Positions 1 to 10,459 of a DNA stretch of 24,000 bases are shown here, one piece after another. Position numbers and translations under genes: made by a program. Source of the DNA: Escherichia coli (GTDB taxonomy: Bacteria > Pseudomonadota > Gammaproteobacteria > Enterobacterales > Enterobacteriaceae); NCBI RefSeq assembly GCF_026506335.1, contig NZ_CP097716.1; one strand, 5' to 3'. Under the pieces are notes generated by a model. The model was given only the letters and a program-made list of their open reading frames with translations. It made no database searches and was not told the DNA's origin. Each line of letters opens with the position of its first letter. Position 1 is the first letter of the stretch.

Positions 1-3000
1 CTGAGGTGTGCTGACTTCAAACTGCTGCCCCGGCAACAGAATGACCGGTTCACCGGCTGACACCACCGGGCGAAGCGGTATCCGGTCAGTACCGGCTACT
101 GTCGCATCCACATTTCCGGTCAGTCCTGTCTGTACATCCGTTCCCTGTGGCTTCAGGGGAGAAAGCGTGACATGGCTGCCCTGAACCTGTCCGTGGCTGG
201 TGAGCTCTCCCGGCTTCAGCGTGATGGTCTGAATTACAGTGGGCGGAGTGTACTGAGAGGTTTCCCCCCCCTGCTTATCCTTTCCTTTTTTCCTGATACG
301 GTAATAATACGTGGATGTCCCTGAGTCCGTAACATGGCGCTCTCCGCTGACACTGACGTTTTCCACATCACCGGCCTGCATATCCAGCAGGCCACCTGCA
401 ACAACCTGACTCTTATCATTAAGCAGTTTGTCTGCCACAATCGTCATGCCGGCACCGGACAGAATTTTTCCCGGGTCGGATTCTTTTACCCGGGTTTCTT
501 CCACGGTACGGGTGTAATCGTACTGCGTGAATTTATCTCTGGCGCCTTCCGGTGTATGCAGTTTTTTCAGTGAGTTACTGGAATCGTTATCCACATAAAC
601 GCCCGCTTCACCGGCGCTCCAGCGTTTATCTGAGCCGCTGAGCTGATACTCAGTCACCTTTTCCGTGGAAACCACCACGCGCTCCGTGGTGAAATGGTCA
701 TTAACGTTATTGATTTGTCCGGCACTCAGTACCAGATATCCGGCGGCTTCAATAGTGGCACTGTGATTATTCAGTACACCGGCTTTCCCCGTGGCGGCAC
801 CATTCGCATCCAGCATGCCACCAGTATGCATATCACCTGCACTGTAAATCAGGCTGTGCGTCCGGTTATTCAGGGTCTGTACCCCTAAGTCCACACGCTC
901 ACGCCCGGCCAGCGTCGCCGCCACGCCATTTTCTTCCAGATTATTAAATGTGGCAGCGCTGACACCAACAGCATCGCCGTAGATTCGCCCGGTACCGGAA
1001 TTCGTCAGGGTGTTCGCCTGAAGACGCGTATATTTCCCGTCAATCAGCCCACGGTTCAGCAGTGTGTCCGTCACGTTAAGCCAGGTCTGCCCGGCACTGA
1101 TTTCACCTTTCTCTGTGTTTTCAAGGCGGATGCTGTTCAGGTCAAGCCGGCTGCCTGCCAGCAGGCTGCCGGTATTAGAGACATCGCCATTAACGGAAAG
1201 CGTAAGGTTTCCGTTCGCAATAGTCTGACCACTGTTGCTGAACGTTGTGTTACTTTTCAGCGTCATATCGCCCAGCGAAAGCAGCTTCCCGTCACCACCG
1301 AGCTGACCGGCATCCACAGATACTGACTGCCCGGCCTTAACCACGCCGTCACGGTTCGAAAACGCCAGCTGACGGCCACTGACAGACAATGTCGCGCCGG
1401 AAGATAGGACGCCGTCATTATTACTGAGCGTCCTGTCTGCCATAACCGTAAGCGCCCTGTCTGCCAGAATACTGCCCTCCTGGTTATCAAGGTCCTGCGT
1501 CGTGATGTGTATTGTCTGCGCTTCCAGCCCCTGGCCGGTATTCTGCGTGTGGCGATTGATAAACTGCAGGGCGTTCAGCGTAATGGCGGAACCACTGCGA
1601 ATCAGACCAGAGACGTTGTCCACAACGCCCCGTACACTGTTGAGCAACATGTCACCCACAGACTGTATTTGTCCGTGGCTGTTCTGCAGACCTCCCGTAT
1701 GCAGACGGAGTTCACCTTCACTGACCAGCCGGCCCCCCTCACGGTTATCCAGCGAGGTGGTGCTCAGGTCAGCTGTCGTTTTCGCCCCCACGGTCCCGCC
1801 CCGGTTATCCATTGCTCCGGTACTGACAGTCAGTTCCTGCAGGCTGTTCAGCGTACCGCGTCTGTTATCCAGCGTCTGGCCTGCGGTATTAATGCTGATC
1901 CCCCTCCCCTGAATAAGACCGGACTGATTGTTCAGCGCCTGGCTGTTCCAGCCGAGCAGACCGTTTGCCACCACCTGACCGGATGTATTGTTAACCACGC
2001 CTGCAGTCAAGGACAGAGCATCTCCCGACAAAAGCACACCGGCAGTGCTGTCCAGTGTGCCGGCATTCAGCGTCATCGGGCCCTGACTGATAACCCCGCC
2101 CCGGTCACCACTGTTACGGTTACTCAGTGTGTCAGCACGGAGATTCAGCGATGCACCACTCTGTATCAGGCCACTGGCATCGTTGATGATATCCGTCGAG
2201 GAAAGGGTCAGTGACTGCTGTGCCACCAGTCTGCCGCCCTGATTATCAAACCGTGTGACATCAAGCCTGCTGTTACCGTTGCTGACCACCGTCCCCTGCT
2301 GATTTTCCAGCACATTCAGGTGCGCATTCAGGTCTCTGCCGGCGGCAAGCGTCCCTTCCTGATTACTGACATCACCACCACTCAGCAACATATCCGTCCC
2401 GGCCTTCAGTGCGCCTTTCTGGTTCATCAGCGTACCTGACGATATCTGCAATGACGCCTGACTCCCCAGCACGCCCTGACGGTTATCGAGCGTTCCGGCG
2501 TTCAGGGTCATATCCTTCTGACCCACTATAAATCCCTGCTGGTTATTCAGCATACCAGCCCGCACTGTCAGGGTACCGGCGCTGCTGATACCACCCCGTG
2601 TTTTCGTGTTCCGGTTACTGAGTACCCCGTCCTGTACATCCAGCGTCATGTCACTGCCGGACTGAATCAGACCATCATCAGAGACCAGTTCGCTGCCTGA
2701 CACAGACAGCGTTTTCTGTGAAAGCAGTCTGCCGGACGCATTATCCAGCGCACCATCCAGCGTCACGGACAGCCCGTCAGACACCACCGTACCCTGGTGG
2801 TTATTCAGACTCCCTGCCGAAATACCCAGCCTGCCGGCGGACTCCATTCGTCCCTCCGTATTGCTGACAGCCTGCTGTGTTTTTATCCTGCCCGTTCCGG
2901 CAGCAGCTGAAATCAGTCCGTTGTCGTTATTCAGCGCCTGAGCGTTAAGCCGGACATCACGGCTGGCGGTGAGACTTCCCTGCTGGTTGTCCACGGCACC

Positions 3001-4686
3001 GGTTGTCTTCACCTGCAGACTGCCTGACTGCACCGCCTGCACTTTCCCCCTGCGATTATCAAGGCTCAGTGCATCCAGGCGCACCGCGCCATTTGCCGCA
3101 AGCAGCCCTTCCCGGTTATCCACACCTCCCGGCAGGTTCAGTGAAAAATCCCCTGTTCCCGTCTGAATCAGTTTACCCCTGTGGTTTGACAGGCTCTGTG
3201 CCGATATCTGCAGTGTGTCGGCATTTATCGTGCCACCATTATTGCTGAAGTGCCCGGCAGTCCGGGCGGAAAGCGTGCCGGCGCTCAGTTGCACATTCTG
3301 TGTGGACAGATTTCCACTGGTTGCATCCAGCTCAGTATGTTGTCCCTGTATCCGGCTGTTGCTTAAATCCAGCCCCTGCCCCTTCAGTTGCATGTCCCCA
3401 CCGGACAGAACCTGTCCGTGTGCCGCCAGTTCGCCGGTGGTACTGACAGTCAGGTTGCCCGCTGCCGCCAGACGTCCGTCATCTTTCACCCCGGCGGCCA
3501 GCAGACTCCGCTCACCGCCGGTCAGACGCGCTGTCTGAATCCGGGTGTTGCGACGTGATGCCACAGAGCCTGTATGGGTGAATACACCATTACTCTGTAT
3601 CTGCGTATCCTGCCCCGCATAAACAGAACCACTGTTATGCAGCTCCCGGGTTGTCGCCAGATGCACATCCGTTTTCGCACTGATACTGCCACTGTTTTCA
3701 ATACGTCCGTCAGCCGTCAGGGTAACCGCCCCTGCCTCCGCACCAATATGACCGGCGTTACGAACCCCCACCCCCGTTTCCGTACCGACAAGGCGAATTT
3801 TTCCGGCATACATTCCACCAAGGCTGGACACATCCAGCGCCACCTGTGGCTGCGAAGAGGCATCAGCGGCTTTTTTCTCAGTCTGCCCGTGCGCGATATC
3901 CACATTGTTACGTCCGGTGGTCACTTTCAGGTCCTGCGCCCAGATACCCGCATTAATCTTCACTGACCGGGCAATGATATCGGTATAATCCGTGCGCGAG
4001 GCATCCATCCCTTTGCCCGTAATCTGAATCTCACCACGTTCAACACTGAATCCGGTCAGACTGCCGTTTTTCATCTGAGGCTGCCCCGTGGTCAGCGTGG
4101 CCCGGTTCGCATTAATAAAACCGCACCCGTCGCAACTGATGCCGGCCGGGTTCGCAATCACCACCTGCGCCTTTTTACCGGCAACCTCAACAAAACCGTT
4201 CAACTGGCTGGGATTGCGACTGTTCACTTCATTAAGAATGATTCTGGCCTCTCCCTTCGCCAGCCACGGGTTCCCGGCCACCATGCCACCCAGCTGAGTC
4301 TGCACATTGTTATGGGCATTATTCAGAATGACACCTTTGTTACCGACGTCGAACTGGCTGTATGTGTTATGTGAAACCCCACCGGCAGAAGGCGTCTGAA
4401 TATTCACCTGCGGAATGCCGCTGGCCGTCTGCGTAATCGTGGGCTGCTGATGCCCCGGTGCGCCATGGTCTGCGGCAATGCCTGCAGCATTGACAGAATG
4501 CACCATCCCCGAAGCCAGCCACAAAGAGAATGCAAGCGGCGTGACACGGCAGATACGTTGCCTGTGTGGATATCCTGTGCGGGAGGACAGTGATGTACCG
4601 GCGCGACCGGAACGGGCAATATCTGCCACCACCATCAGCATTCCCCGGGCTTTGTTAAAAATAATGCGGTAACAATTTCTGTTCAT
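1..4686 (-). CDS. cdiA: CdiA/TpsA-family filamentous hemagglutinin-like exoprotein, N-terminal 1562 codons; C-terminal toxin region outside window
   Basis: Minus frame starting MNRNCYRIIFNKARGMLMVVADIARSG... (extended signal-peptide region) then a TPS secretion-domain-like stretch (VNIQTPSAGGVSHNTYSQFDVGNKGVILNNAHNNVQTQLGGMVAGNPWL...ARIILNEVNSRNPSQLNGFVEVAGKKAQVVIANPAGISCDGCGFINANRATLTTG). No ORF in the track terminates in this frame, so it appears open to the left edge. Directly follows cdiC and cdiB. Confidence 0.9.
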   Translation of the reverse strand, partial: MNRNCYRIIFNKARGMLMVVADIARSGRAGTSLSSRTGYPHRQRICRVTPLAFSLWLASGMVHSVNAAGIAADHGAPGHQQPTITQTASGIPQVNIQTPSAGGVSHNTYSQFDVGNKGVILNNAHNNVQTQLGGMVAGNPWLAKGEARIILNEVNSRNPSQLNGFVEVAGKKAQVVIANPAGISCDGCGFINANRATLTTGQPQMKNGSLTGFSVERGEIQITGKGMDASRTDYTDIIARSVKINAGIWAQDLKVTTGRNNVDIAHGQTEKKAADASSQPQVALDVSSLGGMYAGKIRLVGTETGVGVRNAGHIGAEAGAVTLTADGRIENSGSISAKTDVHLATTRELHNSGSVYAGQDTQIQSNGVFTHTGSVASRRNTRIQTARLTGGERSLLAAGVKDDGRLAAAGNLTVSTTGELAAHGQVLSGGDMQLKGQGLDLSNSRIQGQHTELDATSGNLSTQNVQLSAGTLSARTAGHFSNNGGTINADTLQISAQSLSNHRGKLIQTGTGDFSLNLPGGVDNREGLLAANGAVRLDALSLDNRRGKVQAVQSGSLQVKTTGAVDNQQGSLTASRDVRLNAQALNNDNGLISAAAGTGRIKTQQAVSNTEGRMESAGRLGISAGSLNNHQGTVVSDGLSVTLDGALDNASGRLLSQKTLSVSGSELVSDDGLIQSGSDMTLDVQDGVLSNRNTKTRGGISSAGTLTVRAGMLNNQQGFIVGQKDMTLNAGTLDNRQGVLGSQASLQISSGTLMNQKGALKAGTDMLLSGGDVSNQEGTLAAGRDLNAHLNVLENQQGTVVSNGNSRLDVTRFDNQGGRLVAQQSLTLSSTDIINDASGLIQSGASLNLRADTLSNRNSGDRGGVISQGPMTLNAGTLDSTAGVLLSGDALSLTAGVVNNTSGQVVANGLLGWNSQALNNQSGLIQGRGISINTAGQTLDNRRGTLNSLQELTVSTGAMDNRGGTVGAKTTADLSTTSLDNREGGRLVSEGELRLHTGGLQNSHGQIQSVGDMLLNSVRGVVDNVSGLIRSGSAITLNALQFINRHTQNTGQGLEAQTIHITTQDLDNQEGSILADRALTVMADRTLSNNDGVLSSGATLSVSGRQLAFSNRDGVVKAGQSVSVDAGQLGGDGKLLSLGDMTLKSNTTFSNSGQTIANGNLTLSVNGDVSNTGSLLAGSRLDLNSIRLENTEKGEISAGQTWLNVTDTLLNRGLIDGKYTRLQANTLTNSGTGRIYGDAVGVSAATFNNLEENGVAATLAGRERVDLGVQTLNNRTHSLIYSAGDMHTGGMLDANGAATGKAGVLNNHSATIEAAGYLVLSAGQINNVNDHFTTERVVVSTEKVTEYQLSGSDKRWSAGEAGVYVDNDSSNSLKKLHTPEGARDKFTQYDYTRTVEETRVKESDPGKILSGAGMTIVADKLLNDKSQVVAGGLLDMQAGDVENVSVSGERHVTDSGTSTYYYRIRKKGKDKQGGETSQYTPPTVIQTITLKPGELTSHGQVQGSHVTLSPLKPQGTDVQTGLTGNVDATVAGTDRIPLRPVVSAGEPVILLPGQQFEVSTPQ

Positions 4687-4701
4687 TCTGATAAACCTGA
4701 C

Positions 4702-5229
4702 TTATCTCTCCGGCACATCCACAGCAAGCGGGTGCTGCACACGCCACTGGCGCGCCTCTTCACGACTGACCTGTGCACCCCGGAAATTCATCACCCGTAA
4801 CCCGGTCTGCTGCCCACGGTGGTACAGCGAACGCCAGCACAGACGGGGAAAAATATCCTGCCGGACAAGACGACTCATATCCGGAGTGTGTCCAAAAGGG
4901 GCAACCCAGTCACAGACCCACATCCGGTCGCCGCTGTTCCAGTCCGACTGAGGCATGAGAATTGCCGGCTGCGTAAGATAACGCGCCTCTGCCTCCGGGC
5001 TGAGCCAGGCCTGGCTCATGAAGAAAACCGGTCGCCCCTGCTCTGTTGCCACCACATACTGTCGGTGCTTAATCACCGGCAGCAGCAGGTCCGGCAGGGT
5101 ATGCAGTGGCGCATCACGATGCAGGGGGGAGTGCATCCACAACCAGACGGCCGCCCCCAGGACTTCCGCCTCATTGACCGGCTCACCGGAATACAGGGGA
5201 CTCAGAACGTCATATTTCCCGTTACGCAT
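4702..5229 (-). CDS. cdiC: HlyC-like toxin-activating lysine acyltransferase (CdiC)
   Basis: 175 aa; LGAAVWLWMHSPLHRDAPL...LLPVIKHRQYVVATEQGRPVFFMSQAWLS...GDRMWVCDWVAPFG aligns by eye with HlyC (WLWxxSPLHRNWP, LPAIQANQY, DRKWFIDWIAPFG). Located between cdiB and cdiA. Confidence 0.85.
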   Translation of the reverse strand: MRNGKYDVLSPLYSGEPVNEAEVLGAAVWLWMHSPLHRDAPLHTLPDLLLPVIKHRQYVVATEQGRPVFFMSQAWLSPEAEARYLTQPAILMPQSDWNSGDRMWVCDWVAPFGHTPDMSRLVRQDIFPRLCWRSLYHRGQQTGLRVMNFRGAQVSREEARQWRVQHPLAVDVPER

Positions 5230-5238
5230 GAAACTTTC

Positions 5239-6978
5239 TCAGAAATCCCGGAACAGATTAAAACCGGCTGTCACATCACTCGTCATAAAACCCGCCGGCT
5301 TTGAAAACGGACGACCGATGAAAACGTCATAATCCGTACTGAACAGTTGCCCCCTCAGCCCCACAACACCACCGGCCAGATGACGTCCCACCAGATATTC
5401 ACTGCCGGCTCCCCCCACCTCGCCGTAATCCATTCCCAGATATAACTCCTGCTCCGGCAGTGGCGTACGCCAGGCCAGGTCGTTGCGGATATACCAGCCG
5501 TTACTGGCATTCAGCGTTCGCTCCCCGTCAAAACCACGAACCGTCCAGCGGTTACCGATGGCAAACTGTTCCTGTGGGGTCAGCGGGGTATTGCTCAGCT
5601 GGCGCTGATACCGGAAGGAATAACTGAAGGGCTGCTCTGCCAGTGTAAAGGGCAGATTAAAGGATGCATTCATCTGCAGGATCTTACTGAGCGCCGTTGC
5701 CTCACCGAAGATTTCCTCCGGTGCCGGCTGTGCACCAAACCAGCGGGTTCCCCGTTGCCAGCTGACACCAGCATCCAGTGTGGACTGAGAAATATAATGA
5801 CGGTGCTGCAGCCCAAGTCGCCAGGCCGCTGTCTGCCGGCGCTGCACCTGGATTTCCGTATCATTAATGTAGTTACGCGACCTGCGGGCCTGAACATCGT
5901 AAGTCAGCACCGTTTTCTGCGTCCCGTTACGGTGCAGTACCCGGCTCAGCTGCATGCCCAGATTCTGACTCTCGCCACTGTACTGGTAATCCTCAACCGC
6001 ACCAGCTACCGTCTGATGGTAATCGTAATCACTGGCGGTGACGGAAAACTGCCAGTAACCGAAAGGCACAGAGTAATGGGCCGTGTAGTTTTTACTGCCC
6101 TTACCCCCGTAATGTGGAAAATTATGGGTGGCAGAAACATACAGCAGGTCACTCAGGGAAAAAGGATTATCCAGAGAAAATGTTATACCACCGAGATAAC
6201 GCCCTGTGCTGCGGGTACCTGAATCATCAAGCGAAAACCCCAGTCGCCAGTATTTATCCTGTTTACGGGTAATAAGAATATCACTTTCCCCTGGCTGCTC
6301 ACCGGGCACAATTTCCATATCAGCCTGCACACCCGGCAGTCGTTGCATATTCTCCAGCCCCTGCTCAATGTCCCGTAAATCCAGCAGAGAACCTTCGTGT
6401 GCCGGGAATGAGGAATACAACTGAATATAGTCATCACTGTCCGGTGTCAGACGCACATGTCGCACAACACCGGGAATAATAACCAGCCGGAGGATACCGC
6501 TTTTTAAATCCTGCGAAGGTGCCAGAACACGGGTGGTGACATAACCATGATCGACCAGACGGTTCTGCAATGTACTCATCAGCAGATTAATTCCTTTCGC
6601 CCCCAGGCAATGCCCGACCGCCCCGTTGGCGATTTTTTGTAAAGGCAGCCAGTGTGGTAACGCATCAGCCCCCTTCAGTTCCGTCTGTTTAATCTGAAAA
6701 CAGGGCGTTTCAACAGGAAAATTAATCTTATGGGCAAAAGAGCCAGGTGCAGAAAGGCGAACATCAGGGGCTGAAGGCGTCAGTTGTTGCTCAAGGGCTT
6801 CCTGACGCTGCTGCTGAATGATAAATGTATCCTCTCCACTACGCCGGATATCCGCGGCCTGAAGAGATAAAGGCGATAATAAAACAGACATCAGTGTCAG
6901 TGACAGCAAGGACGGACAGCGCCGGAATAAGCTTTGTTCCTCAGCCCTCTCGTTCCTGCAACATAATTTTCCAGTCAA
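5239..6978 (-). CDS. cdiB: Two-partner secretion outer-membrane transporter, CdiB/ShlB/FhaC family
   Basis: 579 aa; POTRA-like N-terminal region after a signal-like segment, C-terminal beta-barrel with [12 protein letters not shown] motif and aromatic-terminal FNLFRDF. An internal start near [13 protein letters not shown] is possible. Confidence 0.88.
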   Translation of the reverse strand: MTGKLCCRNERAEEQSLFRRCPSLLSLTLMSVLLSPLSLQAADIRRSGEDTFIIQQQRQEALEQQLTPSAPDVRLSAPGSFAHKINFPVETPCFQIKQTELKGADALPHWLPLQKIANGAVGHCLGAKGINLLMSTLQNRLVDHGYVTTRVLAPSQDLKSGILRLVIIPGVVRHVRLTPDSDDYIQLYSSFPAHEGSLLDLRDIEQGLENMQRLPGVQADMEIVPGEQPGESDILITRKQDKYWRLGFSLDDSGTRSTGRYLGGITFSLDNPFSLSDLLYVSATHNFPHYGGKGSKNYTAHYSVPFGYWQFSVTASDYDYHQTVAGAVEDYQYSGESQNLGMQLSRVLHRNGTQKTVLTYDVQARRSRNYINDTEIQVQRRQTAAWRLGLQHRHYISQSTLDAGVSWQRGTRWFGAQPAPEEIFGEATALSKILQMNASFNLPFTLAEQPFSYSFRYQRQLSNTPLTPQEQFAIGNRWTVRGFDGERTLNASNGWYIRNDLAWRTPLPEQELYLGMDYGEVGGAGSEYLVGRHLAGGVVGLRGQLFSTDYDVFIGRPFSKPAGFMTSDVTAGFNLFRDF

Positions 6979-7143
6979 ACGTAAAACCTTTTATTCATGT
7001 CATACCAACAATCACCAGCCTCCTGACGATACCTCCCACCATGTTTTGCGATGGCACGCTACCGCCCTTCCGGTATTTACCCGCATCAACCGGTACCAGA
7101 ATGCTGAGCAATAAATCTGCCAATTTTTAGCTGACTTATTTTT

Positions 7144-7164
7144 GATCATTATAGAATAATGATC
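7144..7164. promoter_or_regulatory. Perfect inverted repeat GATCATTAT-AGA-ATAATGATC upstream of cdiB
   Basis: 9-bp arms, 3-nt spacer, read directly; a third GATC lies at 7193-7196 inside the palindrome tatcgatcgata (7189-7200). Confidence 0.4.
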
Positions 7165-7570
7165 TGAACTACAGCAATATGACAGATTTATCGATCGATA
7201 TAACACAAATGAACAGTTCTTTATTCTGTCATATATCGCAAAAACAGCATATTGCAAAATTTATAACCATAATTAATGGAAAAGTGCAGAAAATTATTCC
7301 ACTGAATGCTTTTAATACAGTTGGTTAGCTAAAAAAATATCATTTTTTGATTTCGGTCATTGAAAATTGCAATGCGTGACGATTCAACAGCATTTAAGTG
7401 AGTTTCAGGATATGGGAAGGACATGAAAGGAGGAGCGCAATAAAATATACAGGAAGAAGGGGAAAATGTTTCGTAAAAACAGAAAATTAACATCGCACAT
7501 CAGGAAACTCAGTCTCCTGATTCAGTGCTACCACATGAAAATTTAGTTAACTGTTACCGTACTAAAATTT

Positions 7571-7762
7571 ATGTCAGAAGATGTTCCATTACCGAAAGTC
7601 AATCAGCGATACAAAGACGATCATGGTGCGCTTGTCACCGTGAGCAGTGTTGAGGAAACCCGGGTGGTGTTTATGCGGGACGGCTATCCGCATCCCTGCA
7701 TGCGACCGATGTACAACTTTCTGGGAAAATTCAAACCCGAACCCCGGGAAGAAACAGAATAA
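7571..7762 (+). CDS. Small phage-type protein, possibly DUF4222-like
   Basis: 63 aa MSEDVPLPKVNQRYKDDHGALVTVSSVEETRVVFMRDGYPHPCMRPMYNFLGKF...; family assignment is by recall only. Confidence 0.4.
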   Translation: MSEDVPLPKVNQRYKDDHGALVTVSSVEETRVVFMRDGYPHPCMRPMYNFLGKFKPEPREETE

Positions 7763-7814
7763 AACGAAATCCCTGCCGGCAATCACACTGCCTGATGGCA
7801 GCATAATCCATTTA

Positions 7815-7972
7815 TTAATTCTCATCCCCGGAGACAAGCCCAGAAAACCACTCCGGGTGTTCACTGTATGCCGTGTTCAGCGCATCCCAGGAAACGTTTA
7901 TATAAAAGCTGTCCTGCAATTTGCGGGTAACAACTTCTGCCAGGCGATTCCGATCCGCCAGTCCGGCATAAC
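7815..7972 (-). pseudogene. 3' remnant of an unidentified gene truncated by IS600
   Basis: Frame ...GLADRNRLAEVVTRKLQDSFYINVSWDALNTAYSEHPEWFSGLVSGDEN* enters IS600 at 7973; the first residues of the listed 68-aa ORF are IS600 end sequence. Confidence 0.45.
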
Positions 7973-8036
7973 TGAGGTAGCCTGAGTTTAACGGACACTC
8001 CTTCCTGAAATAGAATGGCATCAGAAGGAGCTAATA

Positions 8037-8297
8037 ATGAGCAGAAAAACCCAACATTACTCTAAAGAGTTCAAAGCCGAAGCTGTCAGAACGGTTCTTG
8101 AAAATCAACTTTCGATCAGTGAAGGCGCTTCCCGATTATCTCTTCCTGAAGGCACTTTAGGACAATGGGTTACCGCCGCCAGAAAAGGGCTCGGTACTCC
8201 TGGTTCCCGCACGGTGGCTGAACTGGAATCTGAAATTCTGCAACTGCGTAAGGCGTTAAATGAAGCTCGCCTTGAGCGAGATATATTAAAAAAAGCA
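8037..8297 (+). pseudogene. IS600 OrfA, 5' part (interrupted by IS30; 3' part at 9523-9562)
   Basis: MSRKTQHYSKEFKAEAVRTVLENQ...RLERDILKKAT; removing IS30 plus one copy of AC restores ...KKATAYFAQESLKNTR*. Confidence 0.85.
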
Positions 8298-9520
8298 ACT
8301 GTAGATTCAATTGGTCAACGCAACAGTTATGTGAAAACATGGGGTTGCGGAGGTTTTTTGAATGAGACGAACATTTACAGCAGAGGAAAAAGCCTCTGTT
8401 TTTGAACTATGGAAGAACGGAACAGGCTTCAGTGAAATAGCGAATATCCTGGGTTCAAAACCCGGAACGATCTTCACTATGTTAAGGGATACTGGCGGCA
8501 TAAAACCCCATGAGCGTAAGCGGGCTGTAGCTCACCTGACACTGTCTGAGCGCGAGGAGATACGAGCTGGTTTGTCAGCCAAAATGAGCATTCGTGCGAT
8601 AGCTACTGCGCTGAATCGCAGTCCTTCGACGATCTCACGTGAAGTTCAGCGTAATCGGGGCAGACGCTATTACAAAGCTGTTGATGCTAATAACCGAGCC
8701 AACAGAATGGCGAAAAGGCCAAAACCGTGCTTACTGGATCAAAATTTACCATTGCGAAAGCTTGTTCTGGAAAAGCTGGAGATGAAATGGTCTCCAGAGC
8801 AAATATCAGGATGGTTAAGGCGAACAAAACCACGTCAAAAAACGCTGCGAATATCACCTGAGACAATTTATAAAACGCTGTACTTTCGTAGCCGTGAAGC
8901 GCTACACCACCTGAATATACAGCATCTGCGACGGTCGCATAGCCTTCGCCATGGCAGGCGTCATACCCGCAAAGGCGAAAGAGGTACGATTAACATAGTG
9001 AACGGAACACCAATTCACGAACGTTCCCGAAATATCGATAACAGACGCTCTCTGGGACATTGGGAGGGCGATTTAGTCTCAGGTACAAAAAACTCTCATA
9101 TAGCCACACTTGTAGACCGAAAATCACGTTATACGATCATCCTTAGACTCAGGGGCAAAGATTCTGTCTCAGTAAATCAGGCTCTTACCGACAAATTCCT
9201 GAGTTTACCGTCAGAACTCAGAAAATCACTGACATGGGACAGAGGAATGGAACTGGCCAGACATCTAGAATTTACTGTCAGCACCGGCGTTAAAGTTTAC
9301 TTCTGCGATCCTCAGAGTCCTTGGCAGCGGGGAACAAATGAGAACACAAATGGGCTAATTCGGCAGTACTTTCCTAAAAAGACATGTCTTGCCCAATATA
9401 CTCAACATGAACTAGATCTGGTTGCTGCTCAGCTAAACAACAGACCGAGAAAGACACTGAAGTTCAAAACACCGAAAGAGATAATTGAAAGGGGTGTTGC
9501 ATTGACAGATTGAATCTACA
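8298..9520 (+). mobile_element. IS30
   Basis: Terminal inverted repeats TGTAGATTCAATTGGTCAACGCAACA / revcomp TGTAGATTCAATCTGTCAATGCAACA; flanked by 2-bp AC on both sides (8296-8297, 9521-9522). Confidence 0.93.
8362..9513 (+). CDS. IS30 transposase, intact 383 aa
   Basis: MRRTFTAEEKASVFELWKNGTGFSEIANILGSKPGTIF...SLGHWEGDLVSG...ERGVALTD; matches the IS30 transposase as remembered. Confidence 0.95.
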   Translation: MRRTFTAEEKASVFELWKNGTGFSEIANILGSKPGTIFTMLRDTGGIKPHERKRAVAHLTLSEREEIRAGLSAKMSIRAIATALNRSPSTISREVQRNRGRRYYKAVDANNRANRMAKRPKPCLLDQNLPLRKLVLEKLEMKWSPEQISGWLRRTKPRQKTLRISPETIYKTLYFRSREALHHLNIQHLRRSHSLRHGRRHTRKGERGTINIVNGTPIHERSRNIDNRRSLGHWEGDLVSGTKNSHIATLVDRKSRYTIILRLRGKDSVSVNQALTDKFLSLPSELRKSLTWDRGMELARHLEFTVSTGVKVYFCDPQSPWQRGTNENTNGLIRQYFPKKTCLAQYTQHELDLVAAQLNNRPRKTLKFKTPKEIIERGVALTD

Positions 9521-9597
9521 ACAGCGTATTTTGCACAGGAGTCGCTGAAAAATACGCGTTAATCGAACAATGACGACAACAATTTCCCATTGAAGCG

Positions 9598-10416
9598 ATG
9601 TGTCAGGTATTTGGTGTATCCAGGAGCGGTTATTACAACTGGGTACAGCATGAACCCTCAGACAGAAAACAAAGTGATGAGCGGCTAAAACTGGAGATTA
9701 AGGTGGCACATATCCGCACTCGCGAAACATATGGAACCCGGCGGCTCCAGACGGAGCTGGCAGAGAATGGCATCATCGTTGGTCGTGACCGACTGGCACG
9801 TCTTCGTAAGGAGCTAAGGCTACGCTGTAAGCAGAAACGCAAGTTCAGAGCGACTACGAACTCGAACCACAATCTGCCAGTTGCACCAAATCTGCTGAAC
9901 CAGACGTTCGCTCCTACAGCACCAAATCAGGTCTGGGTGGCGGACCTGACGTATGTTGCCACACAGGAGGGATGGTTGTACCTCGCTGGCATCAAAGATG
10001 TTTATACGTGCGAAATTGTCGGCTACGCCATGGGAGAGCGCATGACAAAAGAGCTGACAGGTAAAGCCCTGTTTATGGCGCTCAGGAGCCAGCGCCCACC
10101 TGCCGGGCTAATCCACCACTCTGATCGAGGTTCACAGTACTGCGCATACGATTACCGGGTCATACAGGAGCAGTTTGGTCTGAAAACATCAATGTCGCGT
10201 AAAGGTAACTGTTACGACAACGCTCCGATGGAAAGCTTCTGGGGAACGCTGAAAAATGAGAGCCTGAGCCACTATCGTTTTAATAACCGGGATGAAGCCA
10301 TCTCAGTAATACGGGAATACATTGAGATTTTCTACAATCGTCAGCGTCGTCACTCTCGTCTGGGGAATATCTCCCCGGCAGCCTTCAGGGAAAAATATCA
10401 TCAGATGGCTGCTTAA
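9598..10416 (+). CDS. IS600 OrfB transposase (IS3-family rve/DDE integrase core)
   Basis: 272 aa; VWVADLTYV...LIHHSDRGSQY...SRKGNCYDNAPMESFWGTLKNE. Normally translated as an OrfAB frameshift product, now separated from OrfA by IS30. Confidence 0.92.
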   Translation: MCQVFGVSRSGYYNWVQHEPSDRKQSDERLKLEIKVAHIRTRETYGTRRLQTELAENGIIVGRDRLARLRKELRLRCKQKRKFRATTNSNHNLPVAPNLLNQTFAPTAPNQVWVADLTYVATQEGWLYLAGIKDVYTCEIVGYAMGERMTKELTGKALFMALRSQRPPAGLIHHSDRGSQYCAYDYRVIQEQFGLKTSMSRKGNCYDNAPMESFWGTLKNESLSHYRFNNRDEAISVIREYIEIFYNRQRRHSRLGNISPAAFREKYHQMAA

Positions 10417-10459
10417 AAAAAGAACAAATGGTAGTGTCCGCTATTGCCAGTACACCTCA

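Larger units (their letters stand above)
7973..10459 (+). mobile_element. IS600 (IS3 family), split by IS30
   Basis: Left end TGAGGTAGCCTGAGTTTAACGGACACT and right end (revcomp) TGAGGTGTACTGGCAATAGCGGACACT; OrfA and OrfB sequences recognised as IS600-type. Confidence 0.88.

Noticed and set aside
1502-3538. Plus-strand ORFs of 65-235 aa (1502-1912, 1507-2214, 2969-3166, 3003-3248, 3215-3538) inside cdiA
   Set aside because: Antisense to a continuous, well-supported cdiA frame in GC-rich repetitive sequence; overlap one another and have low-complexity S/P/R composition.
4819-6424. Plus-strand ORFs opposite cdiC/cdiB (4819-5304, 5018-5332, 5755-6222, 6206-6424)
   Set aside because: Antisense shadows of coding sequence with strong homology on the minus strand.
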